From NCBI GenBank assembly GCA_963731255.1, contig CAVSUO010000006.1, positions 188,222-252,221 of the forward strand: a stretch of 64,000 bases of DNA. The letters run 5' to 3'. Each line of letters opens with the position of its first letter. The first letter of the stretch is position 1. This stretch comes from an uncultured Actinomycetes bacterium (GTDB lineage: Bacteria > Actinomycetota > Acidimicrobiia > Acidimicrobiales > AC-9). A program made the position numbers and the translations under genes. A model generated the notes under the pieces. That model was not told the origin of the DNA. It ran no database searches and saw only the letters and a program-made list of their open reading frames with translations. This document shows positions 43,504 to 55,959 of this stretch, piece after piece.

Positions 43504-44353
43504 ATGACCGCCGCCCTCGACGCCCTGGTCTCCCTGCTCGACCTCGAGCCCATCGAGGTCAACATGTTCCGTGGTGTCAGCCCCGAGGAGAAGCGCCAGC
43601 GCGTGTTCGGCGGCCAGGTCGCCGGTCAGGCGCTGGTCGCCGCCGGCCGGACCGTCGAGCGTGGCAGCGTCCACTCGCTGCACGCCTACTTCCTTCGACC
43701 GGGCGACACCAGCGTCCCCATCCTCTACGAGGTCGACCGCATCCGCGACGGGCGCTCGTTCACCACCCGGCGCGTCGTGGCCATCCAGCACGGTCGGGCC
43801 ATCTTCAACCTGTCGGCGTCGTTCCACGTCGACGAGAGCGGTCCCGACCACCAGCTGCCGATGCCCGACGTGCCCGACCCCGAGTCGTTGCCGACCTTCC
43901 AGGAGCGCATGGCTCCCTACGTCGACAAGTTCGGTGACTGGCTGACCCGGCCGCAGCCGATCGACCAGCGCTACGTCGACGACCCCGGCGGCCCGTTCTC
44001 CAGGGTGGGCGGACGGCCGCCCCGCCAGCGGCTCTGGATCCGCGCCGACGGCCGCCTGGCCGACGACCAGCTGCTGCACGACTGCGTCGTGGCCTACGCC
44101 TCGGACATGACCCTCCTGGACTCGGTGATGCTGCCCCACCGGCGTCAGCTGGGACGACCCCCGGATCATGGGAGCCAGCCTCGACCACGCCATGTGGTTC
44201 CACCGGCCCTTCCGGGCCGACGAGTGGCTGCTCTACGACCAGGAGAGCCCGTCGGCCTCAGGTGCGCGGGGCCTGTCCCGCGGGACCATCTTCACGCGGG
44301 ACGGCCGGCTCGCCGTCTCGGTGGTGCAGGAGGGGCTGGTGCGCCTCGTCTGA
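43504..44353 (+). CDS. tesB: acyl-CoA thioesterase II (1 indel)
   Basis: VFGGQVAGQAL, SLHAYFLRPG, YASD, SLDHAMWFHRP, QEG. Confidence 0.95.
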
Positions 44354-44359
44354 ACGAAC

Positions 44360-44388
44360 GGGCGGGCGCCCCGAAGGGGCGCCCGCTC
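44360..44388. terminator. hairpin between convergent tesB and gltA
   Basis: GGGCGGGCGCCCC-GAA-GGGGCGCCCGCTC. Confidence 0.7.
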
Positions 44389-45658
44389 AGCGGTCCCCGA
44401 TGGGGATGTAGTGGCGCTCGGCCTCGCCGAGCGTAGAGCTGGCGGGGGCGTGCGATCTTGGAGTCCTGGTCGAGCAGCTCCACCCAGTGCGCCAGCCACC
44501 CCGACGTGCGCGGGATGGCGAAGAGGACGGTGAACATGTCGATCGGAAAGCCCATCGCCTGGTAGATCAGCCCCGAGTAGAAGTCGACGTTGGGGTACAG
44601 CCGCCGCGAGGTGAAGTACTCGTCGGACAGGGCCCGCTCCTCGAGCTTGAGGGCGATGTCGAGCAGCGGGTTCTTGCCCGTGACCTCGAAGACCTCGTCC
44701 GCCGTCTGCTTGATGATCCTGGCCCGGGGGTCGTAGTTCTTGTACACGCGGTGGCCGAAGCCCTGGAGGCGGCCCTCGCCCCGCTTCACGGCGGCGACGA
44801 AGTCGTCGACGTGATCGATCGAGCCGATCTCGGTGAGCATGCGGATGACGGCTTCGTTGGCGCCCCCGTGGCGGGGGCCGTAGAGGGCGGCGCAGGCGGC
44901 GGCGCAGGCCGAGTACGGGTCGGCGTGCGACGAGCCGACGACGCGCATGGCCGTGGTCGAGCAGTTCTGCTCGTGGTCGGCGTGGAGGATGAACAGCACG
45001 TCGAGGGCGTGGGCCAGAGCCGGGTTGGCGTCGTACCGGGGCTCGGCGATCTTCCACATCATCGAGAGGAAGTTGGCGGCGAAGCCCAGCGAGTTGTCCG
45101 GGTAGACGAACGGCATGCCCACGCTGAACCGGTGAGCGGCGGCGGCGAGCGTCGGCATCTTGGCGATGAGCCGGATGATCTGCTTCTCGCGCTGACTCGG
45201 GGTCGAAGATGTCCTTGGCCTCGGGGTAGAAGGTCGACAGGGCCGCGACCGCGGACACGAGCATGCCCATGGGGTGGGCGTCGTAGTGGAAGCCCTCGAG
45301 GAACCGCTTGCGCAGGTTCTCGTGGATGAACGTGTGGTGGGTGATCTCGCGACGCCACTCCTCGAACTGCGTCGGCGTCGGGAGCTCGCCCGTTCAGCAG
45401 CAGGTAGGCGACCTCGAGGTAGGACGACCGCTCGGCCAGCTGCTCGATCGGATAGCCGCGGTAGCGGAGGATGCCAGCCTCGCCGTCGAGGAAGGTGACC
45501 GCGCTCTCGCACGCCGCCGTGGACGTGAACCCCGGGTCGTAGAACCAGATGCCGGGGAGCAGCTTCGACCAGGCCGAGGCCGCTACGCCGCCGTTCTCGA
45601 TGGGGATCTCGACCGTCTGGCCGCTGCGGTTGTCGGTGATGGTGATGCTCTCTGGCAT
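44387..45658 (-). CDS. gltA: citrate synthase, type II-like (indels)
   Basis: [49 protein letters not shown]. Confidence 0.95.
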
Positions 45659-45734
45659 GGCTGGGCCCCTCTTCCACTCGCCACCCCTGACACGATCTAC
45701 GGCGGGCCCGGCACCCCCAGAATCAGGGCCAGGA

Positions 45735-46169
45735 TCAGGCTTTGTGCCGGTAGACGTTGGTGTCCCGGACCTCGAACCCGAGGCGGCGGTACAGCCGGTT
45801 GGCAGCCTCCCGAGAGGGGCGGGAGGTGAGGTCGACGCTCCTGGCGCCGGCAGCCGCCGCCCGCCGGATTGCTTCCTCGTTGAGGGCCTCGCCGACGCCC
45901 CGCCCCCGGGCGGCGTCGTCGACCACGACGTCCTCGATCCACGCCCGCACCTGGGTCGGGATGCGGAACATGACGAGGGTGAGGGTCCCCACGATGCCGC
46001 CCTCCGGTGCCCGGGCGACGAGCAACGTCGTCGACGGCGACTCCACGATCTCGGCCAGCTCGGCCGGCCCCGGGGGCGGGGACGACGACGACAACTGGGG
46101 TACGAGGCGGGCGAAGGCCTCGACCAGCTCGGCGGTGACCTCGGTCGCCGCCTCGACCCGCACCTCCAC
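45735..46169 (-). CDS. GNAT N-acetyltransferase
   Basis: [30 protein letters not shown]. Confidence 0.9.
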   Translation of the reverse strand: MEVRVEAATEVTAELVEAFARLVPQLSSSSPPPGPAELAEIVESPSTTLLVARAPEGGIVGTLTLVMFRIPTQVRAWIEDVVVDDAARGRGVGEALNEEAIRRAAAAGARSVDLTSRPSREAANRLYRRLGFEVRDTNVYRHKA

Positions 46170-47721
46170 TAGCCGGCGTCCGGTACCGGCTGGGGCGGCG
46201 GTGGACCGGCGTAGTGGGCGCTCGGACGGATGAGGCGGTTGTCACCGGCCTGCTCGAGGATGTGGGCGCACCAGCCGATCGTGCGGCTGCTGGCGAAGGT
46301 CGGGGTGAACAGCGATCGAGGTACGCCGCACTCGCTCATCACCACACCGGCGTAGAACTCGACGTTCGTGTAGAGCGACCGCCCGGGCTTGAGCTCGGCG
46401 AGCACCCGCACGACCGTCTCCTCGACCTGGCGGGCGAAGTCCGCCAGCGGGCCGCCGAGGCCGAGCGCCACGTCTCGCAGCATCAGCGACCGGGGATCGT
46501 CGGTCTTGTAGACGCGGTGACCGAAGCCCATGATCCGGCCGCCTCCCTCGACCATCCCGCGGATGTGGGCGTCCGCGTTCTCGGGGCGGCCGATGGCGTC
46601 GAGCATGTCGAGGGCACGGCTCGGCGCTCCACCGTGCAGCGGACCGGACAGGGCGCCGATGGCGCCGACGACCGCGGCGCCCAGGTCGGCGCCGGTCGAG
46701 GTGATCACCCGCGCCGTGAACGTCGAGGAGTTGAACCCGTGGTCGATCGTGGAGATCAGGTACTTCTCGAGCGGCCCGGGCTCTGGTCGGGATCGGGCAC
46801 CTCGCCGGTGAGCATGTAGAGGTAGTTGGCGGCGTAGTCGAGGTCCGGGTGCGGCTCGATCGGCTGCTGGCCCTCGCTCAGCCGGTACAGCGCCATCACC
46901 AGCGTCGGGACGAGCGCGCACAGCTGCATGGCCTCGTCCTCCAGCTCCGAGGCGTCGAGATCCAGGCTGGCCCGAAAGCCCAGCGAGCTGGCGCACAGCG
47001 ACACCGCCGAGCGAAGCGCGTCGAGGGCCACGAACCGCTCCCCCGCAGCGGCGATGGCCGGCAGCAGGGGACGCACGGAATCGGGGATGGTCCGGCTGGC
47101 GCGCACACGACGGCGGAGCTCGTCGCGCTGCTCGGCACTCGGTAGGTCCCCGAAGAACACGAGGTGCCACACGTCCTCGAGCGAGCGCTTCTCCGCCAGC
47201 TCGACCGCCGAGTACTGGCGGTAGTGGTAGAAGCCCTCGAGGCCTCGGACGTCGCCGATGCTCGTCTCGGCGACGACCACGCCCTCGAGGCCCTTGGGGA
47301 CGTCGGTGACGGCCTGCTCGACGGGCCTGATCTGGGCGATGCGCATCAGGTCGCGCATCGAGACGACGCCGACCAGCTCGGTGTCCTCGACGACGGGGAT
47401 GTGCCGGTAGCCGTGCTCGGCGAGGTTGCGCCACGCCTCGGTCACCTCGACGTCGGGGGCGACCGTGTCGGGCCGCTCGGTCATCCACTCGGAGACCTTC
47501 GTCACCGAGGCGTCCGCGCCGGATCCGGCGAAACGAACCAGGTCGCGCTCGGTCAGTATGCCGACGGGGCGTCGGTCCTCGACCACGACGACCGATCCCA
47601 GCCGATGCTGCGACATACGGTCGGCCGCCTCGGCCAGGCTCTCGCGCGACGTCGCCGTGATGGCGGGGCTGCTCATGACATCGGCGACAGTGCGGGTACG
47701 GGGTCCGGCGGCGTCGGTCAT
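46169..47721 (-). CDS. CBS-pair domain fused to citrate/methylcitrate synthase (1 indel near 46780)
   Basis: VADVMS, GILTERD, YRHIPVV, VSMRDL, then in frame VPKGLEGVVVAET; DHGFNSST, LHGGAP, GFGHRVY, TNVEFYAG; SD AGGAGG. Confidence 0.9.
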
Positions 47722-47806
47722 GAGCCTCCTCAGCTTGCCTCTCTTCGAGTCTACGGGGTACCGGTCGACCGGGGCTCCGGGGGGCGCGGGCGCTACGGTT
47801 GGAGCG

Positions 47807-48653
47807 ATGGACGCGCTGCGATGGAGCGAGCGCCCGACGCTCCGCCGCCCGGTCCTGGTGGCGGCCTTCGAGGGATGGAACGACGCGGCCGACGCCGCCA
47901 CCACCGCGGCCCGGTACCTGGCGCGATCGTGGTCGGCCCGCCCGTTCGCCGAGCTGGACCCGGAGGAGTTCTACGACTTCACCGCGACGAGGCCCCAGGT
48001 GCGCCTGGACGAGGGCACCACCCGGCACATCGAGTGGCCGGCCAACACCTTCACCTCGGCACCCCTACCCGGACGGCCACGCGACGTCATCTTCCTGCAC
48101 GGCACCGAGCCCCAGCTGCGGTGGCGGACCTTCAGCGAGGTGCTGGCCAGCACGGCCCGGGAGCTCGGTGTCGAGCTGGTCATCACGCTCGGGGCCCTGC
48201 TGGCCGACGTGGCCCACAGCCGGCCCGTCCGGGTCACGGGGACGGCCGCCGATCCTCAGCTCGTCGCCCGTCTCGGCCTGCGCCGCTCCCGCTACGAGGG
48301 GCCCACGGGGATCGTCGGCGTGCTCCACGACAACTTCTCCCGGGCCGGAGTGCCGTCGGCGTCGCTGTGGGCGACCGTCCCCCACTACGTCGGCCAGACG
48401 CCTTCGCCGAAGGCCACGCTGGCCCTGGTCGAGCGGACTGCGTCGCTGCTGGGATCGCGGATCGAGGTGGTCGACCTGCAGATCGCCTCATCGGCCTACG
48501 AGCGCCAGGTCACCGAGCTGGTGGAGGCGGACGACGAGGCGTCGGCCTACGTGGCCCAGCTCGAACAGGCCGGAGGACGAGGAGGACGAGATGCCCTCCG
48601 GGGACGCGCTGGCGGCCGAGGTGGAGCGCTTCCTCCGCGACCACGACGACTGA
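47807..48653 (+). CDS. PAC2 (proteasome assembly chaperone-like) family protein (1 indel)
   Basis: AAFEGWNDA, EEFYDF..RP, GALLADV.HSRP, YEGPTGI, VPHY. Confidence 0.9.
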
Positions 48654-48666
48654 TCGCGGCGCCTGC

Positions 48667-50079
48667 TCAGGCCGAGCGGGCGAACGGTCGAGGCGCAACG
48701 CGCGGCCAGGGCCGGACCTGCTCGTAGATGCGGGCCAGCCGCAGGACCGTGGCGTCGGCGTGGCGGCGACCCATGATCTGCATGCCGATGGGCAGGCCGG
48801 CCTCGGTGGGTCCGGCGGGCACGGACACGGCCGGGTTCCAGCACAGGTTGGCCACCATGGTGAACGGCACGACCATGGCGGGGTGGACCTTCTCGCCGGC
48901 GATCTCGGCTCGGCATCGGTCCCGTCGGCGGCGAAGGCGGGGACCGCCGTCGCCGGGGTGAGCAGCACGTCGACGTCGTCGAAGACCGCCGCGATCTCCT
49001 CCTCCAGCCGGGCTCGCCGCTGCACGATGTGGGCGTACCTGGGCATGCCGAGGTCAGCGGTGGCCTCGAAGATGGCCCGGCTGAGCGGGTCCATGTCGTC
49101 CGCCCGCTCCGGGTACATGCCCTGCTCGATGTCCATCCACAGGTCGCCGGCGCCCGACGACAGCCAGGTCCGGACGGGATCGGTCAGCGTGATGGGACGG
49201 TCGACGAGCTGGAGCCCGGCCGTCTCGGCCAGGGCGAGGGCCGCCGACTCTGTCAGCTCGGCTGACCTCCGGCTCGACCACGGCGAAGCCGAGGTCCGGT
49301 GACCACGCCGCCCGCAGGCCGGCCACGTCCAGCTCTTCGATGGCCCGCTCGTAGACCACGCCCGGCGGCGGCAGCGAGGTCCGGTCCCGGTCGTCGGGCC
49401 CGGCGGCCACGTCGAGGTGCCGGGCGGCGTCGGCGACCGTCGTCGTCAGCGCCCCCAGGCAGGTCGTCTGCGACGGAGCGGCGAGGGGATGCGGGATGCG
49501 GCCGTAGCTGGCCTTGAAGCCGACCAGCCCCGTGAACGATGCGGGGATGCGGGTGGAGCCGCCACCATCGCTGGCGGTGCAGAAGGGCACCAGCCCCGCT
49601 GCGACCGCGGCGGCCGAGCCCCCGCTCGACCCACCTGGCGTCCGATCCAGGTTCCAGGGGTTCGCCGTCGTCCCCCACGCCCGCGTGCTGGTGAAGCACA
49701 CGGTGCCGAACTCCGGTGTCGCCGTCTTGCCCACGGGCACGGCCCCGGCGGCCCTGAGGCGGCGCACGTGGACCGAGTCGTGCGCGACCGGCGGCCGACC
49801 CTTGAACAGCAGCGAGCCGTACGACGTGGGCATGCCGGCGCAGTCCTCGAGGTCCTTCACGCCGAAGGGCACGCCGGCGAGGAGACCCGGGTCCTCGCCC
49901 CGCGCCCTGCGGGCGTCGATCTGCTCGGCCGCCTCACGGGCCCGGTCGAGGTCGAGGTGGACGAACGCGTTGAGCTTTTCGTCGGCGGCCGTGATGGCGG
50001 CGGCGTGCTGGTCGAGGACCTCGGTGGCCTTTCGCTCACCCTTGCGCACGGCCTCGGCCAGGTTCACTACGGTCTCCAT
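48667..50079 (-). CDS. amidase-signature family protein (indels)
   Basis: GVPFGVKD, TPGGSSGGSAAAVA, SDGGGSTRIPAS, GLPIGMQI. Confidence 0.92.
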
Positions 50080-50117
50080 GCGGGGGGAGGCTAGTCACGG
50101 GAACGTATGGTGTCGCC

Positions 50118-50588
50118 ATGGGGAGGCTCGTGGCGACGTGCGTCTGGGACGCCACACCGGAGCTGATCGTCGCCCTCGACGAGCGGTTCGGCGAGTCGAC
50201 CGACGCCTACGTGAACGGGTCGCAGGTGTGGCTGCGCGACGACGGCCCCGGAGGGGTCGCGCTCGAGTGGCGCCTGCACCCGGTGGCGGGCTACCAGCGC
50301 CCGCCTGGGGTCGACACGTACTCGGTCTTTCCGTCCGTGGCCCTTGCGCTGGCCACGGGCGTGCCTCCGGCCGCGGCTCCCGAATCGCTGTGGGAGGGGC
50401 TGGAGGCGTTCGCCGCCTACGGAGACGAGCTCGAACCGGCGCCCCTCGGCCAGGCCGCCGCCGCGTCCCTTGGGATCGCGCCCCGTGCCGTCGGCCTCGT
50501 GGATCACGAGCGAATCGGCGACGCATGGGAGCGCGGGCCGGGCGAGGTGTCCATCGTGGCCCTGCTGCTGGAGCAGCTCGAGGGCTGA
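50118..50588 (+). CDS. conserved hypothetical protein
   Basis: Coherent 156-aa ORF with core codon usage; TATGGT upstream. Confidence 0.7.
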   Translation: MGRLVATCVWDATPELIVALDERFGESTDAYVNGSQVWLRDDGPGGVALEWRLHPVAGYQRPPGVDTYSVFPSVALALATGVPPAAAPESLWEGLEAFAAYGDELEPAPLGQAAAASLGIAPRAVGLVDHERIGDAWERGPGEVSIVALLLEQLEG

Positions 50589-50592
50589 GCGC

Positions 50593-51276
50593 CTACTCGG
50601 CGCCCCGCCACGTCGGCTGGCGGGGCTGGTCGAACAGCACCTCGACGGGCTCGCCCCGTATGGCTGCGAAGACGTGGGACGACCAGTACTGGGCCCCGGC
50701 GAGCGGTTGGGGCAGGCGGTCCTCGGAGAACCACCCGACGTCGGCGCACTCGAGCGGGTGCGGCCGGAGCTCGCCACCGAGGACCCGGCAGTGGAAGATC
50801 AACGAGTACAGCGGGACGCGGGTGAAGCCGAGACGCAAGCCGTCGAGCACGGCGATGATGCGCACCGGCTCGACTTCCATCCCGGTCTCCTCGTGCACCT
50901 CCTTGACGACGACCTCCGACGCCGAGTACCCGACGTCCGCCCACCCCGTGGGGTACAGCCACACACCGGAGTCGGCCCGTTTCACCAACAGCAGCTCGTC
51001 CCGGTCGTTGCCGACCACGGCGCCGACCGCGACCTTGGGCGTGACGTAGCCGGCGACGCCCTCGCCCACCACGTCGAGCCACTCCTCCACCAGGGTGGCG
51101 GCGTCGGCCTCGGCGCTGGCCGCCACTCGGATGTCGGCCGCCACCTTGAGCACCTCTTCGAAGCGCTCCCGCTCGTAGAGGTTCTCCGTGAAGCCCAGCC
51201 CGGTCCGGGCGATGGCCGAGAGGCTCTCGCTCCAGCGGATCAGGTCGTGAGGTGACAGCCGGTCGGCCACCCCCAC
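50593..51276 (-). CDS. Nudix hydrolase with Nudix_N domain
   Basis: IARTGL.F..YERERF, GYVTPKV, PTGWAD...KEVHEETG. Confidence 0.9.
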   Translation of the reverse strand: MGVADRLSPHDLIRWSESLSAIARTGLGFTENLYERERFEEVLKVAADIRVAASAEADAATLVEEWLDVVGEGVAGYVTPKVAVGAVVGNDRDELLLVKRADSGVWLYPTGWADVGYSASEVVVKEVHEETGMEVEPVRIIAVLDGLRLGFTRVPLYSLIFHCRVLGGELRPHPLECADVGWFSEDRLPQPLAGAQYWSSHVFAAIRGEPVEVLFDQPRQPTWRGAE

Positions 51277-51280
51277 GAAC

Positions 51281-51739
51281 CTAGCCGCCCCCGTGGCGGC
51301 GGCGGTGGGCCATGGCCTTGGCCGCACCCCAGGCCAGCCCGAGCTCGCGGAGGTCGGGGTGGACGTCGGCGAGGGACGCCGGCGCCAGGTCGTAGTCGTC
51401 GTCGGGAAACGACTCCTCGGCGAACCTGTCCCGCCGCACCGGCGGCACACCTGCCGAGCGCAGCACCTCCGTCGGGTAGCGCACGGCCTGGCGCAGGATG
51501 CTGAGCGGTGTCGTCGCCTGGGTGTCGATGTCCGCCTCGAAGAGCGCCCTGAGGACGGGGGCCACCTCGGCCTGCGCCCGCCGGCCGGCGTCGGACGCCG
51601 TCGACATCACCTGGCCGTCGGCCACGCCGTGGTAGTCGAGCAGGCGCCGCTCGACGCATCGCTCCACCCAGCCGGGCACGGCGGCCTCGATGCCGTCGAA
51701 CAGGGCCTGGGCGTGCTCGTCCACGGCCTCATGTTGCAT
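51281..51739 (-). CDS. conserved hypothetical protein
   Basis: DIDTQATTPL, RYPTEVL, FPDDDYDLAP, WGAAKA. Confidence 0.75.
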   Translation of the reverse strand: MQHEAVDEHAQALFDGIEAAVPGWVERCVERRLLDYHGVADGQVMSTASDAGRRAQAEVAPVLRALFEADIDTQATTPLSILRQAVRYPTEVLRSAGVPPVRRDRFAEESFPDDDYDLAPASLADVHPDLRELGLAWGAAKAMAHRRRHGGG

Positions 51740-51780
51740 GCTGGCCCGGTGCGGCCCAAGCCGGTCACACCGATGGGGCG

Positions 51781-52062
51781 GTGAGGATCAGGGCCCTCTC
51801 GGTCTTCGAGGGCGTCGTCTACCACTGCCACGCCGTCGAGCTGTCGAACCCGTGCCGGCCGACGCTCGAGATTGACGCGGTCACCCGTCCCGGCGACCTC
51901 GACGCCGGCCCGCTCCTCGTCACCTGGGCCGAGTACGTGCGCATGGTCGGAGGCGAGGAGGCCCGGCGCTGCGCGCCGGGCCTCCGTCAAAAGGGTCGGG
52001 TGGTCGAGCACCTCGGGGTCACCCACCTGGCCTTCCCCACCTGGACCGTGATCGAGAGCTGA
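51781..52062 (+). CDS. small hypothetical protein
   Basis: Coherent 93-aa ORF with core codon usage. Confidence 0.65.
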   Translation: MRIRALSVFEGVVYHCHAVELSNPCRPTLEIDAVTRPGDLDAGPLLVTWAEYVRMVGGEEARRCAPGLRQKGRVVEHLGVTHLAFPTWTVIES

Positions 52063-52064
52063 GA

Positions 52065-52304
52065 TCAGCTCTCGATCACATCGCCGAGAAGATCGACCTG
52101 GACACCCTCGTCGCGGAGCCAGGCGATGGCGCGGTCGACGGCTGCGGGCTCGCCCGTCAGCTCGCACACGATCCAGCCCACGTTGCCCTCGACGCTGGCC
52201 CGGCGGATGTTGGGGACGACGTCCCGCTCTCGCGCCAGCCGGGCGACGATCGGCTGGGTGATGAGGTGCTCCGGAAAGGTGAGCTTGACCTTTGCGCCGA
52301 TCAC
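52065..52304 (-). CDS. stand-alone NIL-domain protein
   Basis: KLTFPEHLITQPIV.RL...VVPNIRRASVE..VGWIVCEL.G; GTGA overlap with the larE stop. Confidence 0.85.
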   Translation of the reverse strand: MIGAKVKLTFPEHLITQPIVARLARERDVVPNIRRASVEGNVGWIVCELTGEPAAVDRAIAWLRDEGVQVDLLGDVIES

Positions 52305-53108
52305 CACTGCTCTCTCGACAGAGCCCGGTTGAGGTTGCCAGTCCGGAAGCCTTCGAGATCGAGGGTGACGTAGGCGTACCCGGCGTCGCGCACGGCGGCG
52401 ACGATGGCGTCCCGGCACTCGACGGCCCGAGGCAGCTCGCCGCCGTCGAGCTCGATGCGGGCGAGGTCGCCGTAGTGGCGAACCCTGAGCTGTCCGAAGC
52501 CGAGGCGCCGGAGGGCCGACTCCGCCCGGGCCACGGACTCGAGCACGCCGAGCGTCACCGGTGTCCCGTACGGCACCCTCGACGCCAGGCAGGCCGCCGC
52601 CGGCTTGTCCCACGTGCGCAGGCCGAGACGCCTGGACGCGGCGCGCACGTCGGCCTTCGTGAAGCCGGCCTCGACGAGGGGGAACACCGCCCCTCCCTGG
52701 CGCGCCGCCTCCTGCCCGGGCCGATGGTCGCCGAGGTCGTCGAGGTTGACGCCGAGCACGACGACCGCGCCCGCGGTCCGTCGCCATCGGGCCGAGGACG
52801 GCCATGAGCTCGGCCTTGCAGTGGTAGCAGCGGCTCCCGTCGTTGGCCGAGTAGTCGGAGTTGGCCAGCTCGTCGGTCTCCACGCCGGTCCAGCGCAGGC
52901 CCCAGTCAGCAGCCAGCGCCTCGCAGTCGGCGCGCTCCTCGGGTGCCAGCGACGGCGAGACGGCGGTGGCGCACAGGGCTCGATCGGGCCCCAGGGTGTC
53001 GTTCGCCATCCAGGCGAGGAAGGCGGAGTCGGCGCCCCCGCTGAAGGCGATAACGACGCGGCCGAGGTCGCGGAGCTCCCGTCGCAGGGTGTCGAGATGC
53101 GGACCCAT
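52301..53108 (-). CDS. larE: LarE-family PP-loop ATP-dependent sulfur transferase (1 indel)
   Basis: AFSGGADS, RCYHCK, NLDDLGDHRPG, WDKPAAACLASRVPYG, LRVRH, GFRTGNLN. Confidence 0.88.
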
Positions 53109-53792
53109 CAGGGCTGGGCGAGCTGCTCGAGCACCTCTTCGGGATCACCGATCAGCCCGGTGTAGAAGGGCCCGAACTCTGCGTACTGGGCCGACGCCTC
53201 GTCGAAGCGCATGGTGTACACGACGTCCTTGAGATCGTCGGGGCGGACGGCGAAGAGCGTGACCCCCCACTCGTAGTCGTCGATCCCGGTCGAGCCGGTG
53301 ACGAGCTGCAGCACCCGCCCGGCGAAGGTCCGCCCCGTCGCTCCGTGGCCGCGCATGAGCGCCTCGCGCTCCTGGTACGGGAGGGCGTACCAGTTCTGCC
53401 CTTCGTTGCGCCGCTTGGACATCGGATAGAAGCAGATGGCCCGCTTGCCCTCGGGCGGCAGCTGGGGGTAGAGCCGGGGACGCTTCATCTCCTCGGGGAA
53501 GCCCTGGGCGTACTCCGAGACCTCGGTGAGCGAGACGTAGGAGCCTGTCACCTCGACCCCCGCCGCCTGGAGGGAGGACTGCAGGGCCCGCAGTCGCCAC
53601 AGGTCCGGTCCCAGGGCGAGGAACCCGAGATCGGCCTTGTGCCCGAGGACGGCGAAGGTGACGACCTGTTGGCCGTCGGTCTGGGCCGACTTCACGGCCG
53701 CGATCACCGCCTCCCGGCTCGCGTCGCGGACCGAGACGGCCGAACAGGTGCAGGACTCCCCAGCCGGTCGACGGGGAGAGGGGCTCCGGCAC
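53108..53792 (-). CDS. coproheme decarboxylase/chlorite dismutase family (HemQ) (1 indel)
   Basis: GHKADL, SLTEVSEY, FYPMSKRR, WY.LP, HG..GR, GIDDYEWGV, MRFDE.SA.YAEFG. Confidence 0.88.
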
Positions 53793-53814
53793 GTCCTCAG
53801 TGTACGGGGACGGT

Positions 53815-53840
53815 CGAGGGGCGCCTTCCGGCGCCCCTCG
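53815..53840 (-). terminator. hairpin downstream of groEL
   Basis: Perfect 11-bp stem CGAGGGGCGCC/GGCGCCCCTCG with GGAA loop on the minus strand. Confidence 0.75.
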
Positions 53841-53876
53841 GCTCGTGTGTCTGCTGCGGTGTGGGCCGACGACCGA

Positions 53877-55556
<1,680 letters not shown>

Positions 55557-55682
55557 CAGCAAACCACGCACGGCCCCGTTCTGCAACCGGGCCCCGGGGC
55601 CGATCGGCACCGGGGTTCCGGGGCGCCTTGGGGTGGTCCGCGTCGGGGCACCATTTCGCCCGGGCTCCGGCGCTGCGCCCGG

Positions 55683-55959
55683 TCAGCCTCCTGCGACGGC
55701 CGGGATGATGGACAGGGTCTGGCCCTCGGGCACCGGGGTGTCCAGACCCTGGAGGAAGCGGACGTCCTCGTCGGCCAGGAACACGTTGACGAACCGGCGC
55801 AGCTTGCCGCCGTCGTCGAAGAGGCGGCCCGCGAACCCCGGATAGCGAGACGTCGAGGGCCTTGAGGACCTCGCCCACGCTCGATCCCTCGACCGTGACC
55901 TCGCCGGCGCCCTTGGTCAGCGTGCGCAGCTGGGTCGGCACCCGCACGGTCACGCTCAC
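55683..55959 (-). CDS. MoaD/ThiS-family sulfur carrier protein (1 indel)
   Basis: VRVPTQLR, LRRFVNVF, C-terminus IIPAVAGG; GTGA overlap with the upstream gene. Confidence 0.92.

Noticed and set aside
19531-50118. TANNNT boxes a few bases before starts (NYN gene, hemE, GH1, PAC2, 50118 ORF)
   Set aside because: Consistent with leaderless mRNAs, which are common in actinobacteria and not novel.
52065-53108. LarE-NIL single-protein fusion (347-aa ORF)
   Set aside because: Caused by the indel near 52780; LarE ends at 52301 and NIL starts at the GTGA overlap.
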